A DNA stretch of 64,000 nucleotides from Flectonema sp. DT1601. Its lineage: Eukaryota. Position 1 is the stretch's first letter. The number at the start of each line of letters is the position of its first letter. The notes under the pieces are model-generated. The model saw only the letters and a program-made list of their open reading frames with translations, had not been told where the DNA came from and searched no databases. Below are positions 1 to 10,764 of the stretch, piece by piece. A program made the position numbers and the translations under genes. The stretch is taken from positions 868,001 through 932,000 of the forward strand of contig OZ025783.1 in assembly GCA_964019425.1 (NCBI GenBank), given 5' to 3'.

Positions 1-1
1 G

Positions 2-1141
2 CACCAGTCTGGTCACAACAGTGGTGTGATTCACGCGGGTATGTACTACCAGCCGGGATCGAAAATGGCAGCCTGCTGTGTTGAAGGTGCGGACATGATG
101 TACGAGTACGCTGATAAGAAGAATATCCCTTGTAAAAGAATTGGAAAGCTGATCGTGGCAACTAACGCTGAAGAAGACAAGCAGGTTGATAAGTTGTTCC
201 ACCAGGGCGTCGCAAACGGTGTAAAAGATTTGAAAGTTTTAACAGGACCTGAGGTACGAGGTATCGAACCAAACGTTGTTGCGACTTCAGCTCTCGAATC
301 CCCCAACACGGGTGTTATCGACTACGGTGCGGTAACCCGCTCTCTGGCAAAGGATTTTGAAGCAGCTGGCGGATCGATCAAATTTAATTTCAAGGCTGAG
401 AACTACGACGTCCAGTCAACTGGTGCGCTCCACATCTCTGGAATGGAACAACAGCAAAAAGGACCAACAAAAGTTATTGAAACTAATCAACTCATCACAT
501 GCGCTGGTCTTTGGATGGACAAGGTTGGTCAGGCTGGAGGAGGTGAAGCAGGTCCAATGGTAATGACGTTTAGAGGTACTTATCATCAAATGAAACCTGA
601 GTACCGTAATATTGTAAAGAGGAATATCTATCCAGTTCCAACTGGTGGTGGTATCCCAACTGGTGTTCATTTCACTCCAACAGTCAACAGAGAACGTGGT
701 GAGCAGATGATCATCGGACCTGGTGCATGTCTCACTCTTCACAAGGAGGGATACAGATTCTCCGACTTCTCATTCGAACACGTCTACGACATCATTACGA
801 ACGTTGGGTTTTGGAACTTCGCATTTGGTAACTTTGACATGGCCGTCACAGAGATGTACCGTGACCTCAGCCGTAGAGCATTTCTTGATCAGGCAAGAAA
901 GCTTGTCCCATGCGTAACAGATGAAATGGTTGAGTCTTCATTTGCTGGTGTAATGGCACAAGTATTCACTGATGAAGGAGGTCCTCAAAAAGATTACATC
1001 TTCGACAGAAAGAAGTTAAATGGGACAACTCTTCACTTGAGAAATGCTCCTTCTCCAGCAGCAACATCGAGTCTCGCACTCGCTAAGAAATTAATTGATG
1101 TGGCGGAAGAAGACTTCGAGTGGAAAACAAAGTCTGCATAA
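2..1141 (+). CDS. L2HGDH: L-2-hydroxyglutarate dehydrogenase / LhgO-family FAD oxidoreductase, 5'-truncated by the window edge
   Basis: Frame is open from base 2: HQSGHNSGVIHAG.YY.PGS..A..CVEG, GKLIVA, SPNTGVIDY, TCAGL..DK, FRG.Y, IYPVP, GVHFTP, GP.A and RNAPSPAATSSLALA motifs of L2HGDH/LhgO. Confidence 0.92.
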   Translation, partial: HQSGHNSGVIHAGMYYQPGSKMAACCVEGADMMYEYADKKNIPCKRIGKLIVATNAEEDKQVDKLFHQGVANGVKDLKVLTGPEVRGIEPNVVATSALESPNTGVIDYGAVTRSLAKDFEAAGGSIKFNFKAENYDVQSTGALHISGMEQQQKGPTKVIETNQLITCAGLWMDKVGQAGGGEAGPMVMTFRGTYHQMKPEYRNIVKRNIYPVPTGGGIPTGVHFTPTVNRERGEQMIIGPGACLTLHKEGYRFSDFSFEHVYDIITNVGFWNFAFGNFDMAVTEMYRDLSRRAFLDQARKLVPCVTDEMVESSFAGVMAQVFTDEGGPQKDYIFDRKKLNGTTLHLRNAPSPAATSSLALAKKLIDVAEEDFEWKTKSA

Positions 1142-1914
1142 AAACTGTTTTGATGTGGCGGTTTGTCTTTTGTACGTAGTGCGTGATTCCCAACTGCTAT
1201 TGTCTGACTGTTAGTGACTTTCTGTGATGGGTATGTAATAGTTGAGCAACAACTGTTTAGCTCAAATGAGGATAACGATGTCAACCTTCCTAATCCAGAC
1301 ATTGTCCGCTAATCAGGTTCCATGTTGCTGGGGCACGTCTACTGAGTTTTTGATAATTATACCCGTCGGGTGTTTGCTATTCCGACATACTTCCGCTTTC
1401 CAGTTGTTAATCGACGGGGTTTGAGAGTCATGTCTGTGAGCTTAGTGCCACTTGCGAGAATTTCCCACCTGCTCAAGAGAACGTCGCTTCAGTTAATAAG
1501 CAAACTGTATGGCTTGTGAATATGCTTGCGAAAGTGGTTGGCGGCAACAATCTTATTTAATACCCGATTGCTATCATCGTCCTTCAAAAGACAACGTGAA
1601 ATATTTATCTGCTGATATTCCTGCTGATCTTTAATTCTGAGGAGTGGTCGACTTGAACCTGACGAGACAACAAGCGCACGTTGTAGTTATAATGGCAACT
1701 CATTCCGACCCTGGAAGGAATACTAGTGTTTTAGTAGAACAAACGAAACAGGTCAGAGAGGGGGGAAGGAAAAAAAAAAAGAAAGAAACCGAAAAAGAAT
1801 TTTTTTTTTCCCCTAAAAAAAAAAAAAGCCTGAGCCTGACCACGCGCGGCGATCAATGTTAGGTCATTTTCAATCACACTAAATATTATTACTTAAACAG
1901 GACACCCAACGCCA

Positions 1915-3807
1915 ATGCTTTTATTTTCAGTTATCGTAACCGCGACATTGGGTAGTGTAATTAATCCACAAGAAATTGCTTCTAAAGAAGGTTTTGTTGC
2001 AGTTCTGTTTACGTCTTCATGGTGTGATAAATGTGAAGAAGTAATGCTGTCATGGAATGAAATTCAAGACGAATTACTAAATCCTAATACAATGATAGAA
2101 GCGTCTTATGAAGAAGGAAATGAGCAGTTATTTGCAACGTACGGCATCAACAACCCCCCAGCGATGGTTATCTTTACAAATCAAAGCAAACCCATTCACG
2201 TGAAAGACGACTATTCAGATGCCCCAACCCTTCGCACAATAATCGAAAAATGTTCAAATTTTCTAAGCCTTCAATTTGACAACATTGATAGGCTTGCTAT
2301 ACCAAATCAGTCTTTTAATAATTTTATAATTGTTTACTACCCGAATCAGAGTATTGGTGTGTTGCTTTCACAAAGTATTTTTAGTATTTTGATTGAAACT
2401 GGTTCCTTTACCCGATATGCTTTTTTATGGACATCTCGTTTATCTGATGTCACGAGATACTTACCTGACAACAATAGTTCTTCATCGGGTGTCAGAATTG
2501 TACTTCTGAGAAGTTTCGCATCACCACGTGAGATTACAAACATGCCTTTTACATACCTTGACGTGTTGCGAGCACCACTTCCATTGTTTTCTGTTTATGA
2601 TGTTGGTTTTAACAACCACGAGAATGGACAACTATCCATGGTCCGCGCATTTATCGATACAAATTTACCTCGAATTTGGTTCCTATCATCAGTCCGTACT
2701 AATGAAGAATTCTTTCCACACCCCGGAATCGAACATGTTCCTATTTTGTTTGTACCGCAGCCGTTTGTCCAGAATGTCAAAAAACACTTTAAAATAAACA
2801 TCTTAAAGCGGGGACAGTGCCTATTAATATATCAATCGGATGACAAGACCTACCTGTCTGATCAGCTGTTCGTAGGTAATGAGAGAAATGTATCAGAAAT
2901 AATAAATCACGCAATCAATTTCCAATCAGACGTGTTGGAAGGATCTCGTTCAGAATTTTACATGAGCGAAGAACTGATTCATTACTACTCTGACACAGAC
3001 TACTTGTACTTAAAACAATATTTAACCCACGTAAATATAAAACATGAAACGCACACCTCCCTTTCTGAGTATATAACCAAACCGATAGTTGGTAATGAGA
3101 AGATTTTAGTTACGCTAATTTATAGTGCGAAAACACCCCTAGATCGTTCTATATTCAAATCATTCTGCGAAGTAGCAGAGTCACTGTCAGTGTTCCCAAG
3201 TAATGATGTGAAGTTTTCTTCTTTAGACTGGGAACGTAATTTTGTTGACGAAGAATTACTAAAAAAAAAGGTTCATTCTTATCCTTGTATTCTGTTGTTT
3301 GTAAAAAAGGATAATATATTCTCAAAAGGTAGAGTAGAGGTTTATATTGGAGATTATAGCAGCGCAGGTATTGTAATGTTTGTCGATGACGTAGCAACAG
3401 AGGTTGGAATAAATATTTTAATCGATCACACCATCGTGACAGTTGACAAACCTATCCCTCAATCAGACCAATCAATTATCAACACGGTTCACTCAGACTT
3501 AACAACTCCTCACTTTGTTAGAGTTCCATTCACTCACAGAGTGTATTCGGTGTCTCCGATCTCATTCTTGTTTAGTATCATAGTTATACTACCAACAACC
3601 CTCGCAGCGCTATACGCTTTGTTTTCATTTTGCATCAGTTATAGTGTTTTCCTTAAGTATCGTGTGCTTCTTCGATTACTTTATGGTACTCACTGCCCTG
3701 AAAGAATAGAAGAAATCAGCGACTTGTTAAAAACATACGAAGGTGCAGAAAAATCTTTTTACAAGAGAGAAGTTCAGAGGCTGAATGAAAAAATAAAAAC
3801 AAATTAA
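1915..3807 (+). CDS. Thioredoxin/PDI-fold secretory-pathway membrane protein
   Basis: 630-aa ORF with hydrophobic N-terminal signal, F...WCDKC thioredoxin motif, a second degenerate Trx-like segment (VKFSSLD...VHSYPCILLF) and a C-terminal transmembrane stretch. Confidence 0.65.
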   Translation: MLLFSVIVTATLGSVINPQEIASKEGFVAVLFTSSWCDKCEEVMLSWNEIQDELLNPNTMIEASYEEGNEQLFATYGINNPPAMVIFTNQSKPIHVKDDYSDAPTLRTIIEKCSNFLSLQFDNIDRLAIPNQSFNNFIIVYYPNQSIGVLLSQSIFSILIETGSFTRYAFLWTSRLSDVTRYLPDNNSSSSGVRIVLLRSFASPREITNMPFTYLDVLRAPLPLFSVYDVGFNNHENGQLSMVRAFIDTNLPRIWFLSSVRTNEEFFPHPGIEHVPILFVPQPFVQNVKKHFKINILKRGQCLLIYQSDDKTYLSDQLFVGNERNVSEIINHAINFQSDVLEGSRSEFYMSEELIHYYSDTDYLYLKQYLTHVNIKHETHTSLSEYITKPIVGNEKILVTLIYSAKTPLDRSIFKSFCEVAESLSVFPSNDVKFSSLDWERNFVDEELLKKKVHSYPCILLFVKKDNIFSKGRVEVYIGDYSSAGIVMFVDDVATEVGINILIDHTIVTVDKPIPQSDQSIINTVHSDLTTPHFVRVPFTHRVYSVSPISFLFSIIVILPTTLAALYALFSFCISYSVFLKYRVLLRLLYGTHCPERIEEISDLLKTYEGAEKSFYKREVQRLNEKIKTN

Positions 3808-3998
3808 AAAAAAAGATGCGCAGCAAAAAACAACCAACAAAATTGTATCGACAATTCTTATTATTGTTAATAATTTAAAAGTTTTTTTTTTTTTTTTTTT
3901 TTTAAAATTCGATTACATTGATCAGTCTCATACCATATTTAATCTCTCAGCCACCCCTCACTAAGAGGAACAGATTAATGATACGCTACTTGGTATAA

Positions 3999-4514
3999 AT
4001 GGATAACGATAATGATGACCACTGCCAACCAATTTTCATTTCGGAAGTGTGGCCTGAGGAATGGCAAAACCCAAAGGGAGGACTGCTAACAAGTGAATTT
4101 ATTAACAGAGATACAGCTATTCAGGCTGAAGTAATTAGGAGACTGAAAAACAAAGAAATTGATAACGAAACATCTCATCCGGATTGTTTATATAATTCTT
4201 CGTTAAGAACAAAACCAGGAACTGATGCACTCATCACGAGAGATGATATTAATTTATTTCGTCAGTTAAAAGGAATGCCAACAGTCGAGGAAGAAGAGGA
4301 AGCCAACCGTCCAGAACCAGAGCCGGAAATCGAGCTTCCAGTAACAATTATCAGAGGATGTGATGCTAATAACAAAGAAGCAATCGATCCCGAAACACTT
4401 CCAGCAATCGAGGGGAAAGATGACGAGGAGTATGAACCATCTGTTGTGTCAGTCTCTTCATCTAATGGAGCTTTCCGTAAAAAAAAAAAAAAAAAACAAT
4501 GCAACATTCTGTAA
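3999..4514 (+). CDS. Hypothetical acidic protein with a polybasic CaaX C-terminus (RKKKKKKQCNIL)
   Basis: 171-aa ORF; ends in a K-run followed by CNIL, a geranylgeranylation-type CaaX. The K-run is encoded by an A homopolymer whose length may be imprecise. Confidence 0.6.
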   Translation: MDNDNDDHCQPIFISEVWPEEWQNPKGGLLTSEFINRDTAIQAEVIRRLKNKEIDNETSHPDCLYNSSLRTKPGTDALITRDDINLFRQLKGMPTVEEEEEANRPEPEPEIELPVTIIRGCDANNKEAIDPETLPAIEGKDDEEYEPSVVSVSSSNGAFRKKKKKKQCNIL

Positions 4515-4727
4515 TTCCTTTCAACATACGTTCCATTCCGTTCTGTATTATTGTATTCTTGTAGAACACGAGAGGATGGTTTCCACAGTAAAGACTTTTG
4601 AAATTATTTCTTCTTCAGAGTTATCCAAGTGTCCCAACAAATGAGAAAACCTTTTTTCTGGTACTTTTTTATTACTCTTACTCTGAGGTAATAATTTATG
4701 ATTACCAGATAAGATATAAATAAGAAT

Positions 4728-5669
4728 ATGTTATTATCTGTTTTGGGAACTATTGGAGTCTTGTTGGGTGCATTAGTACTACCACTGGTCGCACTGTTAG
4801 CGGATGTGACAATGTTTCCTGGAAACCTACCAAATAGAGTTGTTGTTTCTGATACCTGCTGTGCAGGAAATGGAATGAGCGTCTTGATAGCTGCTTCTCT
4901 TGACGTCACAGTAGTGGCTCTCTTGTTGAGAAGATTACTGTTACCAAAGTACTTCCCAAATTGGCAAACACTGGGTGGATCACAAGAAAAGTTATTTATA
5001 AGACAACGTAAAATAGTCGTCATGTGTATCGCATTCATGTTGAGAGGTGTTTGTCTGATTGGAATGTTTCAGGTACTTCCAAACTTTAATTATGAAACAG
5101 GTCTGACTTTTAAGGCGACTTCAGCTGGGTCTCCGTGTGACATTACTGCGCCTGACGTACCTGCAGTGAGAAGTTTTTATTTAGTGAGATGTTGGATATC
5201 AGCTTTAATGATTTGGGAGTTAGCTTACATTCCTGGACTACATTGGGATGACTACGCTCATCATATATTTGTTCTCGTTGCTGTTGTAACGACAACAGAT
5301 CCTTCATTTGGAAGTGAAGCATTCACTGGAGACTCTCAAGCTGCAGGTATGGTCGTACTTTTTGGAGCCAGTCTCGCTTCATTCAATTACCTCTTTCTAC
5401 TTTGTTATAACATCTTTCAATGTTACCCAAGTCGTCAGGCTGTTTGTATGTTTCTCGCAGCCATCTACAGTTGGTGTTGGCAGCTACTCTGTTTCGTTTA
5501 CTATCCTCTTACAATTATTTATAATTCTTACGTTGGAGGAAGGTGTTCCATATTTGTTCTAATCGCGTGGGTAATTTGTGGTACGTCACTATTCCTAATT
5601 GACTCAAAGGCAAACGTTACCCGACTAGAGATTGCCAGAGCAAAGTGGGGGAAGGTTAAGAGTTCATAA
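4728..5669 (+). CDS. Multi-pass membrane protein, TLC (TRAM/LAG1/CLN8)-like
   Basis: 313 aa with about 7 hydrophobic segments; the ELAY....WDDYAHH motif resembles the TLC HH motif. Confidence 0.55.
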   Translation: MLLSVLGTIGVLLGALVLPLVALLADVTMFPGNLPNRVVVSDTCCAGNGMSVLIAASLDVTVVALLLRRLLLPKYFPNWQTLGGSQEKLFIRQRKIVVMCIAFMLRGVCLIGMFQVLPNFNYETGLTFKATSAGSPCDITAPDVPAVRSFYLVRCWISALMIWELAYIPGLHWDDYAHHIFVLVAVVTTTDPSFGSEAFTGDSQAAGMVVLFGASLASFNYLFLLCYNIFQCYPSRQAVCMFLAAIYSWCWQLLCFVYYPLTIIYNSYVGGRCSIFVLIAWVICGTSLFLIDSKANVTRLEIARAKWGKVKSS

Positions 5670-5932
5670 ATCGCAACTCACAACTTGAAACATTAAAATA
5701 ATATTGTCCTTCACCCTAGCCCCTATTTTCGATTTCGAAAATCCCATTAAAGGGATATTTTATGACGGCCGATGTGTGTTCTACAAGCTACCAATTCTCC
5801 GTCGTGGAGCTTCAAAACAAGGGTTCTGCTTTCATAGTTTCTTGTTATATAGTTTCCCCCCAGATAAGGAAAATAATAAAAGAAGATATGAATTGACTTT
5901 ACCAAAAGTAACTGAGATCGAGTGATCAACAA

Positions 5933-7207
5933 ATGACTCGACTTGTCGGAGTCTATCGTTTAATGGAGTTGGGACCGACAAAGTCAATGAGTGCGACTGA
6001 ACTTAGGAAGGTAGTCAAATCATTAGACAATGATGTTTGGAATGAATTATTTCCCAAAGAACGTATTATTCTAACGACAGTACTAGGAAGCCCAGCACAC
6101 AGCAATGAAGTTATAACTGAATGCCACATGGCAGCAAAGACTGGACTAACACTTCTTCACAAATATGATTTTATGAATACCGCTCTTCGTGAATCTGTTG
6201 ATCTGTTAAGCACTTACTCAAACCTAACTGTGAGCATTCCTGATAATTTGTGTGGCAATATTATAGCTCGTTTGAATAGTGAATTTCACATCGGATATAT
6301 ACGAAAACTATTAAACGCTCCTATCACACCGCATAGTATTCTTGATGCGATAATTCCTATTTTTACCATCACAAGAGTGAATGAATTTTTCAACAACAAG
6401 TACGAACACGTCGTCATATCGTATGCAAGACAACATCATTCACAAGCAAAACATCTTCTGTCCACAATACCAGAAAATAAAAAGAAGAGGTTTCTGGCTG
6501 AAGAAAATTCACGATATTACTATTCATCCTTACTGTACTATCAGGCAAAGTTTGCAGTAAGGGATCAGCTGTTTCAAAGAAAATTAGCTGAATTTTCTAT
6601 GACAGGCTTGTCGAAGTCACTAAAAAAACATATTTTTTTGTCTGATCAAATATTATTGCAAGAGGTGCTCTGGTCTTGTGCTAAACTGAGCGGAATATTA
6701 TTCGAAAAGTATAACACTGCTGTGAAGATGTATTTAAAAACTACTTCTGTTTATTGTGAAATTTCAACAAAAAGTTTCATCTCAGTTTTGGAATCTTCCT
6801 TAATAGTTTCTGACTATCAATCTCAAGATTCCATTACAAGGTTGGTATTACAAAACAAGATAACCCTATCCGACGTTAACAACAGATTCCTTTGTGATGT
6901 GATTTCACTGTGTGCGAAATACAATTACTCGCATCCTGAATTTATACAAATGATGCTATCTAGTCTTAACCCAAACCTACATACCTGTTCTTCAAAACAA
7001 CTCGTAATTCTAATATCATCATTAAGTGTTGTAGCATATATTGATACAGCACTGTCGGCTAAGGCTTTATCAATTCTAAACAGGACCTCTATGCATAAAC
7101 TTCCAAATAATTACTTGAGATTGATTATTGATAACTACAAACATGTCATTCCCCAAAGTATTCGACCATTCGCAGTCGCATTGGCAGCAAGAGAGAATAG
7201 CAAATAA
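5933..7207 (+). CDS. Hypothetical helical-repeat protein (FASTK/OPR/HPR/RESC6-like), possibly an organellar RNA-binding protein
   Basis: 424-aa ORF with repeats of the type QEVLWSCAKL, DVISLCAKYNYSHPEF and KQLVILISSLS. Confidence 0.5.
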   Translation: MTRLVGVYRLMELGPTKSMSATELRKVVKSLDNDVWNELFPKERIILTTVLGSPAHSNEVITECHMAAKTGLTLLHKYDFMNTALRESVDLLSTYSNLTVSIPDNLCGNIIARLNSEFHIGYIRKLLNAPITPHSILDAIIPIFTITRVNEFFNNKYEHVVISYARQHHSQAKHLLSTIPENKKKRFLAEENSRYYYSSLLYYQAKFAVRDQLFQRKLAEFSMTGLSKSLKKHIFLSDQILLQEVLWSCAKLSGILFEKYNTAVKMYLKTTSVYCEISTKSFISVLESSLIVSDYQSQDSITRLVLQNKITLSDVNNRFLCDVISLCAKYNYSHPEFIQMMLSSLNPNLHTCSSKQLVILISSLSVVAYIDTALSAKALSILNRTSMHKLPNNYLRLIIDNYKHVIPQSIRPFAVALAARENSK

Positions 7208-7413
7208 TTTATTGTGAATTTCTTTTTGGTGACTAAAAATTATAGCCATTGCACGCAGTGCAGTTGGTGTTTTTGTAGATTTTGGTGAACACTGTTTTCA
7301 CAAGTTATTGTCTTGCGTTGGTTAAGCTGATTTTATTTTGTATTTCACCGTTTTGCAGCAAAAAAAAAAAAAAAAAAAGAGGGAGGGGGAACAAACAACC
7401 CAACACACATGTT

Positions 7414-8305
7414 ATGATTATCGTGTTAGCGTTAGTGTTGGTCGTTGTTTCTCATGTTTGTGCTTTAAGTTGTCCTAATGACCTCGAAGGTGTCAGGCGG
7501 CTACTTCTGCAGAACTGTGATGAACTTGCAAATAACAATTATTGCAGGGTAGAGTTACATCAGGTAACGAGCGCGTTTAAAAACGGAACTTACGGATGGC
7601 ATCTGTGCCCTACTACTTGCAACTCATGTAATGAGGAGTATAATAAGTGGAAGGGGGAATCTCAAGATTCTGAGTCTGGACTATTATTGTGGCACAAGTT
7701 ATTAATAACATCGATTGGTATAATTATACTGTTGGCTGCTTGTTTTATGTCTTATCGAATTGTCAAACGAGGAGAGCAGACGTTACCAACAGCAAACAGC
7801 AAACTACCTCCGAGTAGCGGCGGTAAGAACATTAGTCAGTTGGAAGTTGTTGCACCGAATGGAAATTCGTTTTTGGAAACCTCGTCAAGTAGCTCTGTTG
7901 ATTTTGGTTTGCAACCGACTCCTGACAATACTTCTCATCAGAACCCTTTATCGAGGAGATTATTAAATAAAGATCGTTCTGTTTCTTCTGAAACTCCTGT
8001 TCCTCAGAATACTAACAACGCTGTTCCTAATCAAAATGGTTCTCGTCCTCGAACTTCTTCCCAGAGACGTCCGCCAGCCTACTCAACGATATCTTTGCGA
8101 AATGTGATGTCTAAATCTGTTGGCCAATTACGGCTGTCGATTACTCCACAGGATCTCACAGAAGTATGTCTTTTACTTATCAAATTAAGTTTGTTATAGT
8201 GGCCAGTTTGTGTTGATATTTATTTTGAAAATCTTAAAACAGGACTCGCCGCCATCTCGCAGACGAACACTTTCTGAGAAGTTGCCGATCTCTGGGACAA
8301 TCTGA
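7414..8305 (+). CDS. Type I membrane protein with an ShKT-like Cys domain; 2 exons (7414-8163, 8243-8305)
   Basis: Signal peptide MIIVLALVLVVVSHVCA, ShKT-like C...C...CPTTCNSC, one TM helix and a Ser/Pro-rich tail. Intron 8164-8242 (GTATGT...AAAACAG) gives an in-frame last exon ending TGA at 8305. Confidence 0.6.
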
Positions 8306-9146
8306 TGTAAACAAACGAACGGTTATTCAAATTTATATAATTGTGTTTGTTCTCGTTTGATATCGCAACGCTAGTTGATTTCAAAGATTCTGTTGCGTGA
8401 AAATCTGATTTGTGAAACATGTCCAGTACTCATTGAGCGTCTGGGTCTGAAGATTTTAGTCATTTTTTTTTTTGTTTTATTTAATACACGTGAGAGAGAT
8501 CTCTTCTGACTAAGTCTCACGTAACTCATGCAGCGCAAGGTACGTACACTGCAGGGTGAAATGTCCCCAAAGGAGTGTACTCAAATAAGTGTACTGTACT
8601 AAGACTGGTGGGTTAGTGTGTACTTTCTTTTGAATTTCAACGTCGGAGCTTCATTCTATGAAAAGTTCAAAAGCCAGTTCATTAATTTTATCAAAACTTA
8701 TACAAAAAGCAACCTTCCTCATATATGTTTGTGGTTGATATCCCCCCTCCCTTTTTTTTAGTCGATTGCCAGACACCTGTACACGAAGTGGTGCTTGTTA
8801 TTAAATTTCTCGTCGGAGAGGTTGGTGTGATACAGTCGAACACCAGAAGAACTGCTTAGTGGGTAAGGATTTTCTGCTGTTTAAACCAATGATATTTTTT
8901 TAATTCTTGTGTAACGAATAGTTGTAGCCTAACCTACATCTTACCATCCGTATCTGATTTCTGTTATGTTTTTTGTCTCTTACTGAACTGTACTTGTTAT
9001 GTCGTTCTGAACAGCAAAAAAGCGCTTCTTCGTTCCGTGAATATTTTTCGTTCATTAGGTTGCTGGTGCTTGCGTCATTAGAGTTTTCGTTCGAGTCCTT
9101 ATTATCGTATTTTTCTTACTAAGTTTTAACTACATTACTTTAAATA

Positions 9147-9938
9147 ATGACGGGTTTCTCTATTACTGTAAACGGAAATGAGATTCAGGTTCCATGTTCA
9201 CACAACTCGTGGGATAATGTTCGCGTCTTGAGAAAAGTTGTTACGTTGAGATGTAGAAGCTGTCACGAGCAATGGAGATCACTCGTAGGGGAGGTTTGGA
9301 GAAACAAATCATTGAGATGCATGAAATTTGGTACTAGAAAAGGATGTGACGGGGATTGCGGAAGATTTCACTTCCACGCAAGAAAGCTCCGCAAAGATGA
9401 AAAAGAAGAAGAAGCCACCTCAGTCACAAACAATGAACTGGATTGCAGTAATTTTTCACTTAACTCCTCTTCCACTATTTCATTCCAGTCTGTCAACTTG
9501 TCAGGTGGCTCTATTGATATCCGTGGTTCTCTTATTAGCGGATTACCATTTACAAATGGAACATTATATCATTGTAACCTTATGGGTGCTAATGTTGTAG
9601 TTGACGCTAACCCTTTTAATGACGTGTTTATAATTTCAGTGGGCGGAGAACACGAAGGGGATGTCAGTGGATGTCGTTTGATGACAAATGGTGTTGAGCA
9701 GGAATTAAATGTAGCCAAGTTATCTGAGTCTGTAACAACTGACAGGAGATTTATAGCTGCTGTTGCCATACCTAAGATTGTTGAAGGAGCTTCTGATTGC
9801 ACAAGTGAAGGAATAACTGATGAATGTGATTCAGTTGATTATATCCCTTCGAGAGGTAGATCAAAGAGTACTCTCACCCCGCCTCCAACAGAATATTCCC
9901 GTCGCTCTTTATCATGTCCCCCTGCATTTTCATTCTAA
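9147..9938 (+). CDS. Hypothetical Cys/His zinc-finger protein
   Basis: 263-aa ORF; N-terminal C-x-H...CxxC followed by a CCCH-like finger (RCMKFGTRKGCDGDCGRFH). Last + strand gene before the strand switch. Confidence 0.65.
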   Translation: MTGFSITVNGNEIQVPCSHNSWDNVRVLRKVVTLRCRSCHEQWRSLVGEVWRNKSLRCMKFGTRKGCDGDCGRFHFHARKLRKDEKEEEATSVTNNELDCSNFSLNSSSTISFQSVNLSGGSIDIRGSLISGLPFTNGTLYHCNLMGANVVVDANPFNDVFIISVGGEHEGDVSGCRLMTNGVEQELNVAKLSESVTTDRRFIAAVAIPKIVEGASDCTSEGITDECDSVDYIPSRGRSKSTLTPPPTEYSRRSLSCPPAFSF

Positions 9939-10727
9939 ACTGAGATAACACTTTTTTGTAGGGAACAATAAATTGTAAAAAGGTCTAAGGACTCTAAAGA
10001 CTTACCCGAAGATCTTTCTTCGGCTAATCAGTAACAAGTACCGTTATCATTCAAGTGATTGAATAGCACGAAATGAGAATAAATTGTAATTGTTTGCTAT
10101 CTTGCACTTAACATAAATTCGACAGCAGATCTACCAACCAAACCGATAAGTAAAACATCTAATTCCTTAAGTGGTAAGCCCTAAAGGAAAGTTATCACAT
10201 TCATTGAACCCGTTTTATTTTGTTGTTTTTTTATGTACTACTTTTTCTTTATTTAATTTTCTTTTTTTTTTTTTTTTTTTTTTTAATAAACATCTCGCAA
10301 CAATTATAAGTTCTTACTTTCCCATGTTCCGTATCTGTTGCCTGGACAGGCTGATTATCGAACCTCTCTGCTTTTTCCTCTTTTTTTCCTTGGCGGTTGG
10401 CGCACAAACGAAAGCAAATTCTCTTCTTCAGAGAAGCCATCCGAATCTTTTTTGCACCAATCAATGAGCTTCACATAAAATAAACATTAAAAAAAAATAA
10501 TAATAATAATAATGATACCGCTTTTTTTTTTTGCGGAAATTTTTTATCAAAAAATTTTACAGTTAAATAAAACAAAAAAAAAGAAGAGAATAAAAGGATC
10601 GAAAATAGTAGAAAATTTTCTCTACCTTGAAATAACGGAGTTTTGCTTTTTTCCCCTTTACTTTTATGTGGAAAAAATGCAGTCGGGATGATTGCATGCC
10701 TGAGTGACTCCGAATTACTATTTTTGA

Positions 10728-10764
10728 TCTCTCTCTCTCTCTCTCTCTCTCTCCCTCTCTCTCT
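10728..10764. repeat. (CT)n microsatellite
   Basis: About 18 CT units with one interruption. Confidence 0.9.
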
